Positions 1 to 12,196 of a stretch of DNA of 64,000 bases are shown here, in pieces. The stretch covers positions 192,758,001 to 192,822,000 of the forward strand of contig NC_042997.1 of NCBI RefSeq assembly GCF_006345805.1, written 5' to 3'. The translations under genes and the position numbers were made by a program. The DNA is from Octopus sinensis. Its lineage: Eukaryota. The notes beneath the pieces were generated by a model. It had not been told where the DNA came from and made no database searches. It saw only the letters and a program-made list of their open reading frames with translations. Every line of letters begins with the position of its first letter. Within the stretch, counting starts at the first letter, position 1.

Positions 1-241
1 CCGAACCTTAAAAATTTATGTCCCTGATAAAATTTAAGCTATCAATTCAAAACCCAGCACCATCATTTTCCTCCTCCTCCTCCTTTTGAAGTTCATTGCA
101 GGAAAATATCTTAGTATAAATGTGCAAAACAAATCATGGCTGGTAATCTAATATGCTGAATTTCTGCAGACCACAGATTAAAGATTCAACGTCTACAGTT
201 TTACATACGCAGACTGCATTGAATCGTAGTCATCTACTTAC

Positions 242-440
242 TCTGGATTAACGTCTACTCTATTTTTAGCCCGGATTTCCTGTTGCTTTTTGCACCCAAA
301 TTGCCTGGAATAATGGTTGTACACAGCTCTACAAATTGTAATTAGAGTAAATTTGTAGACTAATGAATGATAACCAAGCTGCTGTCCCTCGCTTTTGTTT
401 TTAACTAATTTCAATATCATTTCACTAAATTGCTTAGTAT
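242..440 (-). CDS. Candidate minus-strand internal exon, unknown product
   Basis: ATTTTCTAAG acceptor, 199-nt open frame TKQFSEMILKLVKNKSEGQQLGYHSLVYKFTLITICRAVYNHYSRQFGCKKQQEIRAKNRVDVNPE, canonical GA|GTAAGT donor; no family recognised. Confidence 0.3.
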
Positions 441-1313
441 CTTAGAAAATGTAATAGTAGTAGTAGTAGTAGTAGTAGTAGCGGTGGTAGTGGCTGCTAG
501 TTGTTTGTTCTCAGGTCAGCTTTGATCAAGAAGACCTATGCAGAAAAGTATTTCAGATTTGATGATCCTATCTTCCTGTTTTTTTTGTTGTTTTTTTATC
601 TTTCAACCGTACTGTATCTAATATTTCATTATCTAAAGTATAAAGCCAGAGAGCAGGATGTGTAATTGAAGTAAATATGTCTTATATTTCATGCAATTTG
701 GACACCCAAATAGTGCAGTTATGATAGTGAGTTGTTAAAATACTCGCTGGTTTCAATTCAATATCTCAAAAAATAATCTGATATATTTTATAAAATCTGC
801 TCTGTTTGTAGACTGCAATGTTATATTCTTACCTATTAACTCTCTCTGTTATCATTTCAATTCCTCTGACCTTTGTAACATGAAACTATTTCACTTAATC
901 TCTCATAGCTATCATTCTTTCTTCATTCCTTCATAAGTTCACCCAATACTGAGCAATCAGTGACTTGGGTATATTTTTCGTGTCTGCTTTATTGTTTTGT
1001 CAAGGATTATGTAATTTTGTAAATTCAATGGAAATAGGTGATTTTTATGATCACTCAGCTCTGAAATAGTCGTAGTTTGTCCTTTTCAGCTCGGGTGGTA
1101 GTTGAAGCAAATAGTAGTAACATACATAATTTGTTTAAATAGCACAATGCAATAACAATGACTGGCTTTGGATTGGTAACATAAGAATGAGTAATTCTGA
1201 AATTTAATCACTCAGCTACTGTTTCTCTTGTCCACCATGATTTTACTATAAATCGTTAAGTAAATCTGAGGCATGTTTAGCACTTTTTGAGAAATATTTC
1301 CCACTTTTTTAAT

Positions 1314-1722
1314 CTCTTTTACTCTCTTTTCTTTCACTTGTTTCAGTCATTTGACTGTGGCCATGCTGGAGCACTGCCTTTAATCGAGCAAATCGACCCC
1401 AGGACTTATTCTTTGGAAGCCTAGTACTTATTCTATCGGTCTCTTTTGCCGAACCACTAAGTTACGGGGACCTAAACACACCAGCATCGGTTGTCAAGCG
1501 ATGTTGGAGGATAAAGACACACAAACATATACACGCACATACATATACATATATACGACGGGCTTCTTTCAGTTTCCGTCTACCAAATCCACTTCCAAGG
1601 CATTGGTCGGCTCGAGGCTATAGTAGAAGACACTTGCCCAAGGTGCCATGCAGTGGGACTGAACCCGGAGCCATGTGGTTGGTAAGCAAGCTACTTACCA
1701 TACAGCCACTCCTGTGCCTGTA
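1314..1722 (-). mobile_element. tRNA-derived SINE family A, full length
   Basis: Reverse complement of head GGAGTGGCTGTGTGGTAAG...GGTTCAGTCCC (A/B boxes), internal (TA)/(CA) tract, (GTAAAAGA)n-like tail. Confidence 0.9.
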
Positions 1723-2227
1723 AAATCATAAAAATTTTATTAAAAACTCTGAATTATAAAAAGCTACATGAATTAAGTTATGCATTTATAGCTATGCATA
1801 TGTGATTCTGTGTGTGTTTACATATATATAAATATAAACATTCAGTTACTATGTTAAATAATTAGATATTGCGAAGAGCACACAATCTATAAAAGCTTTT
1901 GTTATATATATTCTCTGGTACCCATAATAGAACAAACAACACTACTATGTAAAAGATGTATTTATGATTGAAGCAGAGATAGAATTTTACATGTTGATGT
2001 TATTTTTATATGGCAATAAATATTTCTCTTTATTTATCATATCAAGTTATATTGTGTATCAGCATTTAGTGATACACAACATAGATTACAGCTTGTGCTG
2101 TTTTGGAGAATTTTTTTAAAGCACTTTACTCTGACAAAGAACAGTTTTCTCAAAACAGTCTGCTACTTAGAATAAATTGAGGTCTAAACTATCTGATACA
2201 GTTCTTTTTTATTATTTTTTTTTCTGT

Positions 2228-2411
2228 ATAGGCGCAGGAGTGGCTGTGTGGTAAGTAGCTTGCTTACCAACCACATGGTTCTGGGTTCAGTCCCACTGCG
2301 TGACACCTTGAGCAAGTGTCTTCTACTATAGCCTCGGGCCGACCAAAGCCTTGTGAGTGGATTTGGTAGACAGAAACTGAAAGAAGCCTGTCGTATATAT
2401 GTATATATATG

Positions 2412-2464
<53 letters not shown>

Positions 2465-2675
2465 CTGTGTTTGTTCCCCCAATATTGCTTGAAAACTGAT
2501 GTTGATGTGTTTACGTCCCTGTAACTTAGTGGTTCGGCCAAAGAGACCAATAGAATAAGTACTAGGCTTACAAAGAATAAGTCCTGTGGTTGATTTGCTC
2601 GACTAAAGGAGGTGCTACAGCATGGCCGCAGTCAAATGACTGAAACAAGTAAAAGAGAGTAAAAGAAAAGAGAGT
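2228..2675 (+). mobile_element. tRNA-derived SINE family A, full length
   Basis: GGCGCAGGAGTGGCTGTGTGG head, GGTTCAGTCCC B-box, internal (TA)n, CAGTCAAATGACTG hairpin and GTAAAAGA tail. Confidence 0.9.
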
Positions 2676-3297
2676 ATGCATGTGTTAGAGGAAGAAGGAC
2701 AGTGCACATGACCTTCTTACAATATCTCCATGCTTAATAGAAAAAAGGGAGGAACTCATGAAGTATCTTCACACCAGAATTCTGGTTTGAATGCTTGCAG
2801 CAGAGTGGACTCTGCTGAAATCACCCAAGGACCAAAAGGTGGTGTTAAACTGGTCACTGGATTTGGTTGACCACCCAAGAAAAAATGCTTGGAAAAACAT
2901 AGTCAGGCCAATATTAACTTGCTCAGAAATGGAAACAACATTTGGCCATAGAAAACCTGTCTCAACAAATTCCATCTGACCCATGTAAGCATGAAGAAGT
3001 GGACATTAAATGATGGTGATGATGAAATGGATGGAGATGTATCATAGTTCAGATGTTAACTATTAAGAAAGATGAAGTTAATAGTCCTCAAATGTTAAAA
3101 TCCAGTTGTATAAATCACTGTAAATAGCACTGGCTTGAAGTTACTGTGCATAATAGCAATATGTGGTTTAGAGTTTGGTGAACTGGAGTGAAATATTTTA
3201 TGATTGTGTGTGTGTGTCCCTCTCTCTCTTTCTTTCTCTATCTATCTATGTGTGTATATGTATGTGTATGTATATATATATGTGTGCATATATATAT

Positions 3298-3971
3298 AGG
3301 CATACTTCGGCTTAAGTCATTTTGATTGAAGTCATTCTCCATTATGTGTCAGTTTTCAAAAATAATATATGGGAAAATAAAGACCAAGTTAAGTCATTTT
3401 ACTCGGCTTTTCGTCTGTCCGCCTCAAATATTGGAATTGCAAAAATCATTAGAAAACCATTAAAAGCACATAAAATCATGTTACTGTACAATAAATAAGA
3501 ATAAAAGCATATAAAATCATGTTAAAATACATACAGTAAATGTTAAGATACACACCGTAAAGTTGTGTAGGTTAGTGAACAAAATCATGAAATCAGCTGT
3601 GTTGTCTTATTTATCGCTCTTTCAGAGCTCATATTGCACTAGTTTCAGTATCTACCATTAGGCATTATTCTGACTCGAGATTCCTGCAATTGTTTTGAAT
3701 TCAGGTTTGTTTATGTCTGTTTATTGGCTACTTTCATAAATAAAGCATCTGCGATGTACGGTAAACACCGCTAAATTGTATCTGTAAATTTAGATTGCTT
3801 TTATTTTTTCTACTGAACTGTATTAAAAAATAAAAATTATTTGTTTGTAAGCTTAAAATAGGTTTTTATTAACCATGTATTATTGAAAATGCTTTCATAA
3901 ACTACAGAACTGGGAATGGTTATTATCAGCTTAGCCTTGAGACAAGTTAATTCGACTTAAGTCGTGTCTCC
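3298..3971. mobile_element. Possible degenerate MITE
   Basis: Imperfect terminal inverted motifs GGCATACTTCGGCTTAAGTC ... GACTTAAGTCGTGTCTCC. Confidence 0.35.
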
Positions 3972-4002
3972 TGGAAACAATTAATGACATAGCAAGAGGT
4001 AT

Positions 4003-4247
4003 GCCTGGCTCCCGTGCTGGTGGCAGGTAAAAAGCACTATCTGAACGTGATTGTTGTCAGGCCCGCCTTACTGGCTCCTGTGCCGGTGGCATGTAAAAAG
4101 CACCCACTACACTCTCGGAGTGGTTGGCATTAGGAAGGGCATCCAGCTATAGAAACTCTGGCAGGCCAGATTGGAGCCTGGTGCAGCCGCTAGCTCTCCA
4201 GACTTCAGTCAAACCATCCAACCCATGCCAGCATGGAAAACATGATG

Positions 4248-4249
<2 letters not shown>
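4003..4249 (+). mobile_element. RTE LINE 3' UTR fragment (family B) with (GAT)n tail at (TA)n
   Basis: GTTGGCATTAGGAAGGGCATCCAGCT...CCAACCCATGCCAGCATGGAAA, shared with the long copy at 16552-17347. Confidence 0.85.
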
Positions 4250-4284
<35 letters not shown>

Positions 4285-4974
4285 GTGTAGCTATCTATCC
4301 CTGTCTCCATCTCTTTATTCCTTCTTCAATAATTTCATCTTGAAGTGACCAATATTCTTTTAATTGTCCACTCTGTTACCTTGATAACTGCTTCTTTTCT
4401 ATACTCTTGTAAGAAGTAAATTTTAGAGTATTCAGTATATATAGTAAGCACACACAAACACATACATATACACACACTGTTTCTTTCTCTCTCACACACA
4501 TACCTACAAACAAACAAAACACATCAGCAATATGAGTGAATAAATTTTAGGAATTTAGAATTTAAAACAAAACCAAGATAAAAATGTGAAGATTCTCCGA
4601 CAGATACCCATTCTGGTTCCTCTTCTGTCATCACTCTATCTTTTGTTCGTTTATCATTCATGTCACCCTGAGCAAATGAACACATCTTAAAATAGTGAGG
4701 ATGCTTAATCTTATAAGGCACAAGACTACCCAACTAGTGTGTAACTAATGAATTTTTAATTAACTTTACAGGGTTAATAATTCATCTTGTAGATATATCT
4801 AAGAGAAGCATGAATTACAGTGGTAATCCAGTAGAACCTACTGTGTTATAAGGTAGACTATCAAGGGAACTTCTAAATCGGACATAGGCAGCCTTCTTTG
4901 AGAAATGGGTCATCATCAAGCAGGCCTCACTACAAAAAGATTTCAAGGTAGATTTTTATTAGGAAAGTCTTCCC

Positions 4975-5190
4975 TTAACCCTCTCACATTCAAATTTCTC
5001 TGTAAAAATGTAGTACTTATTTATTCATGTTGTTTTGAATTAATCATGTACTATCTTCGTAGCTTCAAGATTTCAGTGATATAATTGGTCTACTCTTAAA
5101 ATGTCATTGTAGGGTAGGTGTGAGAAGTCAAATCTGGTCAGTTTGAATATTCGGGCCAGATATGGCCAGTTTGAATGTTAAAGCATTTAA
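4975..5190. mobile_element. TTAA-flanked piggyBac-like MITE family E (degenerate)
   Basis: TTAACCCT...AAGCATTTAA ends; body homologous to 10474, 30775 and 62259. Confidence 0.65.
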
Positions 5191-5934
5191 TCACATATTA
5201 TCATCTTTAAAAAAAGAGTGATCACATCAGGCAGTGTAGTCCTAGATATAAAAATACATGCAAAAGATAAAAAAAAACAGGTGGTTACTGTTGGAACACC
5301 TTTGATCTTAGTTTGCTGAATCAAGACAGATCTTTGAAGGTGAACAATACAGTTCTTGGCAAGCCAGTCTACCTTCAATTGTATAGTTTCAAACCATTAT
5401 CTACTCCAACTGATAAAGATATTCTGTAGCATTAAATAGAAAAAATAAGATATATTATAGATAACTTTACCAGAAGAAAAAAAAACTGAAATGTTTTTCA
5501 AAGAGACTCCATACTGATATTCACCATCAACCATACCTTCACTATCATTCATCACTCACCACATTTACTTCTAGCCCCACCTCGAACCATCTGTCCTTCC
5601 CCTCCCAGACTTTTAGGAAATTACTCATCTGTTCATTCTCCCATGATTCATTGTCTGTATTCTCCCTTATACTCACCTATTTGTACCCTGAGAGGATGCT
5701 CTGGCACCCTGTCACCACCATCTCTATCTTCCTTCCAGATACTCTCACCCACACTCACATAATACAGGGTGGCCATGTATCTCCTTTATAGCAAGATCTC
5801 TGTGCTTTTCTTTATATCATACTTTAACCATCAATACCTGGCACTTCTCCCCTCTCTCAGATATACTCTTACTCATTTGAGAGGTCTTCTTTTTCTTTTC
5901 TTTGTGTTTCAAATTACTTGGCAACCTCAGTAGT

Positions 5935-6253
5935 CATCATCATCATTGTCTTGACCATGGTCGAGACAATGGAATTTACCATGCTTCGCCAGACTTCACG
6001 GTCCATCATAGCATTACGGAGGTCCTGTTGTTGGATGCCTGTATCCCTGGAGATTACATCAGGGTAGGAGAGTGTGCGCCCTCTGGTATCATCCAACCAA
6101 AATGCAAATATATGGGAAACTACCACCTGTGTCATCTCTTGAGAAAGGTAGGAGAGTCAAGTTTGCTGGACATTGTTGTAGAGCTGAAAACGAGGTAATT
6201 TCTACTCTTCTCCTCTGGAAGCCATCTACTCGCAATACCAGAGGGCGCACATT
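5935..6253 (-). mobile_element. RTE-clade LINE 3' end with 5' inversion and 11-bp TSD
   Basis: 5935-6089 (-) encodes TRGRTLSYPDVISRDTGIQQQDLRNAMMDREVWRSMV plus (GAT)n tail; 6090-6253 (+) encodes the upstream part ...KFAGHCCRAENEVISTLLLWKPSTRNTRGRTL; TSD ACCTCA(G/A)TAGT at 5924-34 and 6254-64. Confidence 0.85.
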
Positions 6254-6937
6254 ACCTCAATAGTGGTAGTGTCACATAAAAAGAAAAAAAGCACTCAGTA
6301 CACACTGTAAAGGGGTTGGTACTAGAAAGGGTGTCCAACCATAGAAACTATACTAAAGTTAACATCGGGGCCCATTGCAACTCTATGGTTCATCAGAGCT
6401 TGTCAACTTGTCTTCAGCCCATGCCAGCATGGAATATGGACTTTAAATGGTGATGATTGAAATGTTTGTCATGAAATATGAACAGACAACTTAGTAAGCA
6501 GCATTTCTGTATTGTCTCAAAAGCTATTTTATCTCTACATGAAGTGCAAATAAAGCTAATTGGTCATGGCATCATTTGAATAATTCGGAAATATTATCTA
6601 ATGCGCTACACAACAATTAAAGGATGAAGATAGTGCCAATAAGCTGTGCCATTAAGCTAGGATTGGATTAGTTCAGCAGTTTGCCTAGGGACACACTGCA
6701 GCAAAACTCATATAATATGAATTTTCTGCTCTTTTGTTGAATGGTGCTCAACTGTTATGATGTATGTTTGTTTTTGCTTTTGAAATAATGCCGGCTGCAG
6801 CCAATGATGTTCCTTGTTAAAGGAGAAATTATATTCTTGCTAATCTGGATCAGTGGTTCTTAACTAGGGTCCATATAACATTTTGGAGAGTCCACCTAAG
6901 CAAAATTGTAAATGGGGAACACACAGTAGTATATTAA

Positions 6938-7157
6938 CCCTTTTGTTACTGTACTTATTTTGAGATGCTCTGTGTTTCTTTCAATTACTTTAAATATAAC
7001 AAAGAATTTAGTAAAATAACTTAGTTATCATTAAGCTGGTGTTAGGAACATAAATTGCAACTAAGGTTTGGTGGAAGATTTGAATTAAAAACTTATGAAA
7101 ACAAGACATTTGTACTCAGAGACAGAACCGGTTTCAACCAGCTTGGTAACGAAAGGG
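6938..7157. mobile_element. piggyBac-like MITE family C (220 bp)
   Basis: TTAA|CCCTTTTGTTAC...GTAACGAAAGGG|TTAA TIRs with TTAA TSD. Confidence 0.9.
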
Positions 7158-8397
7158 TTAAGGGTTCATGAACAAGTTTTCATTTAGATGTGTTTATTGC
7201 AAGAAACAGCTGGGGTTCTCTCTCTAATGTTTTACATATTCCAACAAGTTAATGTGTGAGTAACAAAATAAGAATTTCGAAAGAAGTACCTGTAACACTA
7301 GTTTTTAAACTTCGAATGGCTATGGATGTGTCCACCAAATATAATAGTAATCAAAGGTGTCAAGAGAAAAGCTTTATATTTGTGTATGGATTTTCCATCA
7401 AGTGATCTAATTTTGAATTCCATGTTTTTTTATTCTTTTACATGTTTCAGGCCTAAAACTGTGGCCATGCTGAAGCGCCGCCATATTAATCCCCCCACCC
7501 CACCTTTTTTTTTCTCACTTTCATAAATATTGATTGAGAAAGCATACAATTACAGTTGCCACTATGAAATGATATATAATAATGTCTAGAGTGATGATGG
7601 CTCATACATATAGAAAGAACTTTGACATTATTATCAGCTTGGCCTTTCAGGTTAATGATAATGTAACCTAGTTTTGGTGTTGAAGCAGTGAATTTTATAG
7701 TGTAAAGTAAAATAAAAGAATAGTCCAACAAATTGGACTACTTAACATATTTATTTAATGCAGGTAACATTAAAAGCCAATTAAAATTAATTGTGCAATG
7801 AGGAAAAGACTTTAGCTCCATGACTAACATTATTTTAACCCTTTTTTGTGTAGCACAAGAGAAAAAATGGTTTCTAAATTTTAACTGAAGTTTGATCCAT
7901 TGAATCTTACAGGATACAGGGCAACTTCACTTGTACTGGTCTCATGATAAAATGCATCCAGTACACTCTGTAAAGCGGCAGCAAATGAACAGAGAGAATA
8001 TAAAATTAAGAGGACCCTTTAGTCTTGTCAAAGATATAATTACTATAGTGCTGGTACTTTGGTAAAATGCTCCCAGTTTCTTTCTGTAAATAGGTCGGTG
8101 ATGGAAAAGGCATTCAGCTGTAAAATCCCTGCCAAAAATTTAACTTACAAACACAGCTTAATCTTTTGATCTGTCTAGGAGGGCAGTAATTCCAAATTAT
8201 GAATTGTCTGAGACTGTGATAACCCATCTAGTCCATGCCAGCATGAAAAGCTGATGTAAAATGATGATGATCATTATCATCAGCATCAGTTTTTGGAAAT
8301 GGCTTATTTCCTGTATTTACACAGACTGTAGTAAATATTTTTATGGAGTATTTTCTTTATTCTTTTACAAAAACAAGAATTTAAAAAAAAATTTAAG

Positions 8398-8545
8398 TAT
8401 GTGCAGGCATGGCTGTGAGGTAAGAAGCCTGCTACCCAACTGCATGGTTCTAGGTTCATTCCCACTGTGTGACACCTTGGGCATCTTCTACTATAGATTT
8501 GGGTTGACCATAGGCTTGTGAGTGGATTTGGTATACAGAAACTAG
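8398..8545 (+). mobile_element. SINE A head fragment
   Basis: GGCATGGCTGTGAGGTAAG...GAGTGGATTTGGTA. Confidence 0.75.
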
Positions 8546-8779
8546 CATTACACATCCAGTGGAGCTTGTTCACTCCATCTCTGTTTAGACTTTGCACATC
8601 ATCTAGACATAATTGTTTCACTACCATGCATTCCATTAAGAAAATTAACCATGTGTAGACAATATTTTCTCACTCTACCCATATTTTTTAATAGTATGTC
8701 ATAATTAATGCTACTCTCCCAAATGCTCAGTTAGTGTATATCTATATATATATATATATATATATAAGCATTAAATGTC

Positions 8780-9162
8780 TACTTTTGCATGCTTTGCATG
8801 GGTCAGTCAGTTTGTTGAGGCAGATTTTCTATGGTAGGATGCCCTTCCTGTCACTAACCCTCACTTCTTTCCAAGCAAGCTAAGATTTTCTCTAGGCCAG
8901 ACATGTTTTTCATAGAAGACTGGGGTCGAACAATCTTAATGGTATGATAAAAATATTGATTTATGACCATCACATGATGTCTAGACAAGGGTGCTTACAC
9001 ACACACATTAGCTTCTTTCAATTTTCATTCACTCACAAGGCTTTGGTCAACCAAGATCCATTATGAAAAATGCTTTCCTCAGGTACCACTCAGTAGGACT
9101 GAACCCAAGGCTACACAGTTGGGAAAGAAGTTTCTTAACCACACAGCCACTCATGCACCTAT
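8780..9162 (-). mobile_element. SINE A2 (A head + RTE-like tail), degenerate
   Basis: Reverse-complement A head at 9000-9162, GATGCCCTTCCTGTCAC/CATGGGTCAG tail module at 8780-8900. Confidence 0.6.
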
Positions 9163-9186
9163 AAGTTTGTGATCGATGTTTTACAG

Positions 9187-9242
9187 AAACAAATATTAGT
9201 TCACTCATACTCGACAAAGCTTTTTCAATTATTTCTTATCTG
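9187..9242 (+). other. Candidate small exon (coding or UTR)
   Basis: GTTTTACAG acceptor and CTG|GTAAGT donor; one frame open (xTNISSLILDKAFSIISYL). Confidence 0.3.
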
Positions 9243-10473
9243 GTAAGTGTAAGCAATTGACTACCTGTGAAATGAGGCATACTAAATGATGCTGTTAAAA
9301 TATGGACTGGACTGGCAATAGCTTGGTTCAGTTTAAATTTCTAAACCATACAGAAAAGCTATTCTCTTTACCATATCAGAAAATTACTTTCCAAACTAGG
9401 AATAATTTACACAGCTGAATAATTCTGCATGGTTGATCAATAAATACATTGACACCTTCAGTTAACTGAATGACAGTAGTTGACCAATACCTTTGGATAC
9501 TACTATATGTTTATATGACACACCAGTAACCGACTAAATGTTCTAACGCTGCAGTGATAATGACAAGTGCAGCTGACTTCTATTCATAACGTGTACCACT
9601 ATTTGTGGTATGACACAACATCATTATCTGATAAACTCTCTTACGGGACAAAGTCAATGTTGAACTAGTTGCTGCACTTTGTAAATGTTTCATCATTATG
9701 TAATCTTTACTTCTTTTCAGGAAATTCAAATTTTGTAAATTTAATGAAACGAGCTTCATGTTTCATTTATTATTTTTTTTTTTTGCGTTTTTTTTTCTCC
9801 TGGTTAATGTTTGTGACTCATGCCATCCTCTCTTGTGAAGAAGATAGTCGAAGTATGTATTCCTCATATTTACGCAAAGAATCAATAGAGTAGCATTTTC
9901 ATCCATAAAACATGAGTCATCCAAATCTGCTTGTTATGTTTTAATAGAATGCATTAGATATTCATGACTGATTGCATTGAGAAGTGCTGAATTTAGATCC
10001 ACAACTTGTGTTATAAGTTGATATTTATTATTGAAAAATAGCCATGCAACTCTCTTGTAAGGTCTTGGTATTTACTGTATTCTAATGAATAGTTTTATTA
10101 GTCTTCCTTATATGTAGTGTATGAGTTATTTTGAAGTGTATGATGGAGTTCAGAATAATTGATCAAGTTTTGTTACTAATATAGTATTACTAATGCACAC
10201 ACACACACACAAAATAGTATCATTTATTCTGACAATCTCTCGTATTAGTCAGTTTCGCTTTCTTCTATTCTCCACGATGTCCCACAGCTATTAGAGTTTG
10301 TCAAAATGTTTTTTTTTAAGATAACATAAATTCATAATTCATGTCTGTCATTAAGCCAATTGACTATTTGTCATGTTTCAAATAACTGGCCTTTAATCAA
10401 CTTGACTAAACTACTTCCTCAGTTAACTAACCTAATACTGACTCAAATATATTTCAATCCAATGGTTTAGTTA

Positions 10474-10691
10474 TTAACTCTTTAGTGTTTAACTGACCAT
10501 ATCTGGCCCAAATATGCCTCTTGTTCTAAGTTCAAACTGATCAGGTCTAGCCTCTCAAACTTACCCTATAATCTCATTTTAGAAATAGACAATAACATCA
10601 TCAAAATCTCATCAAATACATGACTTATTCAAAACAATATGAATAAGTAAGTTTTACACTTGGCAGAATAATTTGAACACGAAAGGGTTAA
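10474..10691. mobile_element. piggyBac-like MITE family E
   Basis: TTAACTCTTTAG...GAAAGGGTTAA. Confidence 0.7.
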
Positions 10692-11869
10692 ACTTAGACT
10701 ACCACATTATTTAACTTCATATATTTCATTCCAGGGTGTCTGGAATTAAATGGTATAATCTCCATCATGAATTTACTTGATTATCTTATAACTATGTTTA
10801 TGCATTATTTTCAAGCTATTTTAGATACCCTATTTGATATAAATCAACCAATGAATCTTGCTAGATTTTATCAAGAGAATTACCAAAATAGATCCTTTGT
10901 GATTTCAACATCATCAACAACCATCATAATCATCATCATCATCATCTTTTCCATTTTCATTAAACTACTTTAAAAATAATTAATAAAATAATCAAATCAT
11001 ATTTGTTGAAGAAAAATAGTTTTTGAAATCGTGTCTTCACCATTTTGTCTCTAAATAACTTCCAATGCGGTGACTGGTCAGAAATAAATTAGTATCTTGC
11101 AGCATTTCAACATTGCCAAGTTCAAGCACCATTTGGATTTAGTTTAATGTTTATCTCTCTACAATCAATAAAATAGTACCAGTAATTTCATTGGGATCAA
11201 TGTAGATCAGCTATACCCCCAACTAAACCAAATAACTTAGCTACACACTACCTTCATCTAGTCTTATCCAATGTGTCCATCCTTTTATCAACTCTCATTT
11301 CCCTTTCTGTTTCCCAGTGTTTCCAATGACACACTTTCTAGAGCTATCACCATCTGGAAATTTCTCTACATTCATACTTTTTCCTGCAAACATTGACTTG
11401 AAGAAATTCAAGGCAAGCATTTTCCACTTAGACTTCACCCATGTGGAAGAACCTCCAAAGAACACAGCTGATGCTCTGCTTCCTCTAAAAAAAAAAATGC
11501 CAGTTTTTGTTGTTTTTTTTAACATGTTTATAACTGGATTTTCAAAATTTTAAACTGATTTTAAAATATAGATATTTTACAGAAATATTTTGATGGTTCG
11601 ATACCCTTCCTAATATAAATCACTTCACAGAGTGTACTGGGCGCTTTTTACCTGGCACCAGCTATAGCCAGATTACCAAGTAACTCGCAAGATAAAACCC
11701 TTCATAGGAGGTGCGTGTAGTATCAAGGGAGATGATACTACATGCATATATATATATATATATATATATATACCGGAGTAAACACATAAATGTGAAACAA
11801 GGTGGAAAAAAGAGTACTCAAATACCAGTGGTAGAGTAATATGCTTTATTTTAAGCAGCAGAAAATTCA

Positions 11870-11921
11870 ACAAAATCTGTTACTCTGAGTTTCTCGTTGC
11901 CGTTCATCAGACAGTTTTTGC
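11870..11921 (-). ncRNA. Type I hammerhead ribozyme motif (mirror copy)
   Basis: Exact reverse complement of 11946-11997. Confidence 0.8.
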
Positions 11922-11945
11922 TAGAATGGAACATGTTCCATTCTA

Positions 11946-11997
11946 GCAAAAACTGTCTGATGAACGGCAACGAGAAACTCAGAGTAACAGATTTTGT
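11946..11997 (+). ncRNA. Type I hammerhead ribozyme motif
   Basis: Stem I GCAAAAACUGU/ACAGAUUUUGU; core CUGAUGA (11957-63); stem II ACG-GCAA-CGA; GAAA (11974-77); stem III ACUC-A-GAGU; GUA cleavage triplet ending 11986. Confidence 0.8.
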
Positions 11998-12039
11998 TGA
12001 ATTTTCTGCTGCTTAAAATAAAGTATATATATATATATA

Positions 12040-12196
12040 CATATACACGACGGGCTTCTACCAAATCCACTCACAAGACTTTGGTTGGCCCGAAGCCATC
12101 ATAGAAGACATTTGCCCAAGGTGCCATGCTGCAGGAATGAACCTGGAACCATGTGGTTGGTAAGCAAGCTACTTATCACACAACCACTCCTGTGCC
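12040..12196 (-). mobile_element. SINE A head half
   Basis: CACGACGGGCTT...CACAACCACTCCTGTGCC. Confidence 0.8.

Larger units (their letters stand above)
11772..12023. mobile_element. Penelope-like element end with inverted copy (perfect 180-bp palindrome 11844-12023) in (TA)n
   Basis: 90-bp arms exactly complementary with no loop (centre 11933/11934), 72-bp extra outer segment on the left, (TA)n on both sides, hammerhead motif in each arm. Confidence 0.8.

Noticed and set aside
2231-2305. tRNA-like sequences (also 22627, 27009, 51266)
   Set aside because: SINE heads with A/B boxes continuing into SINE bodies; no complete cloverleaf.
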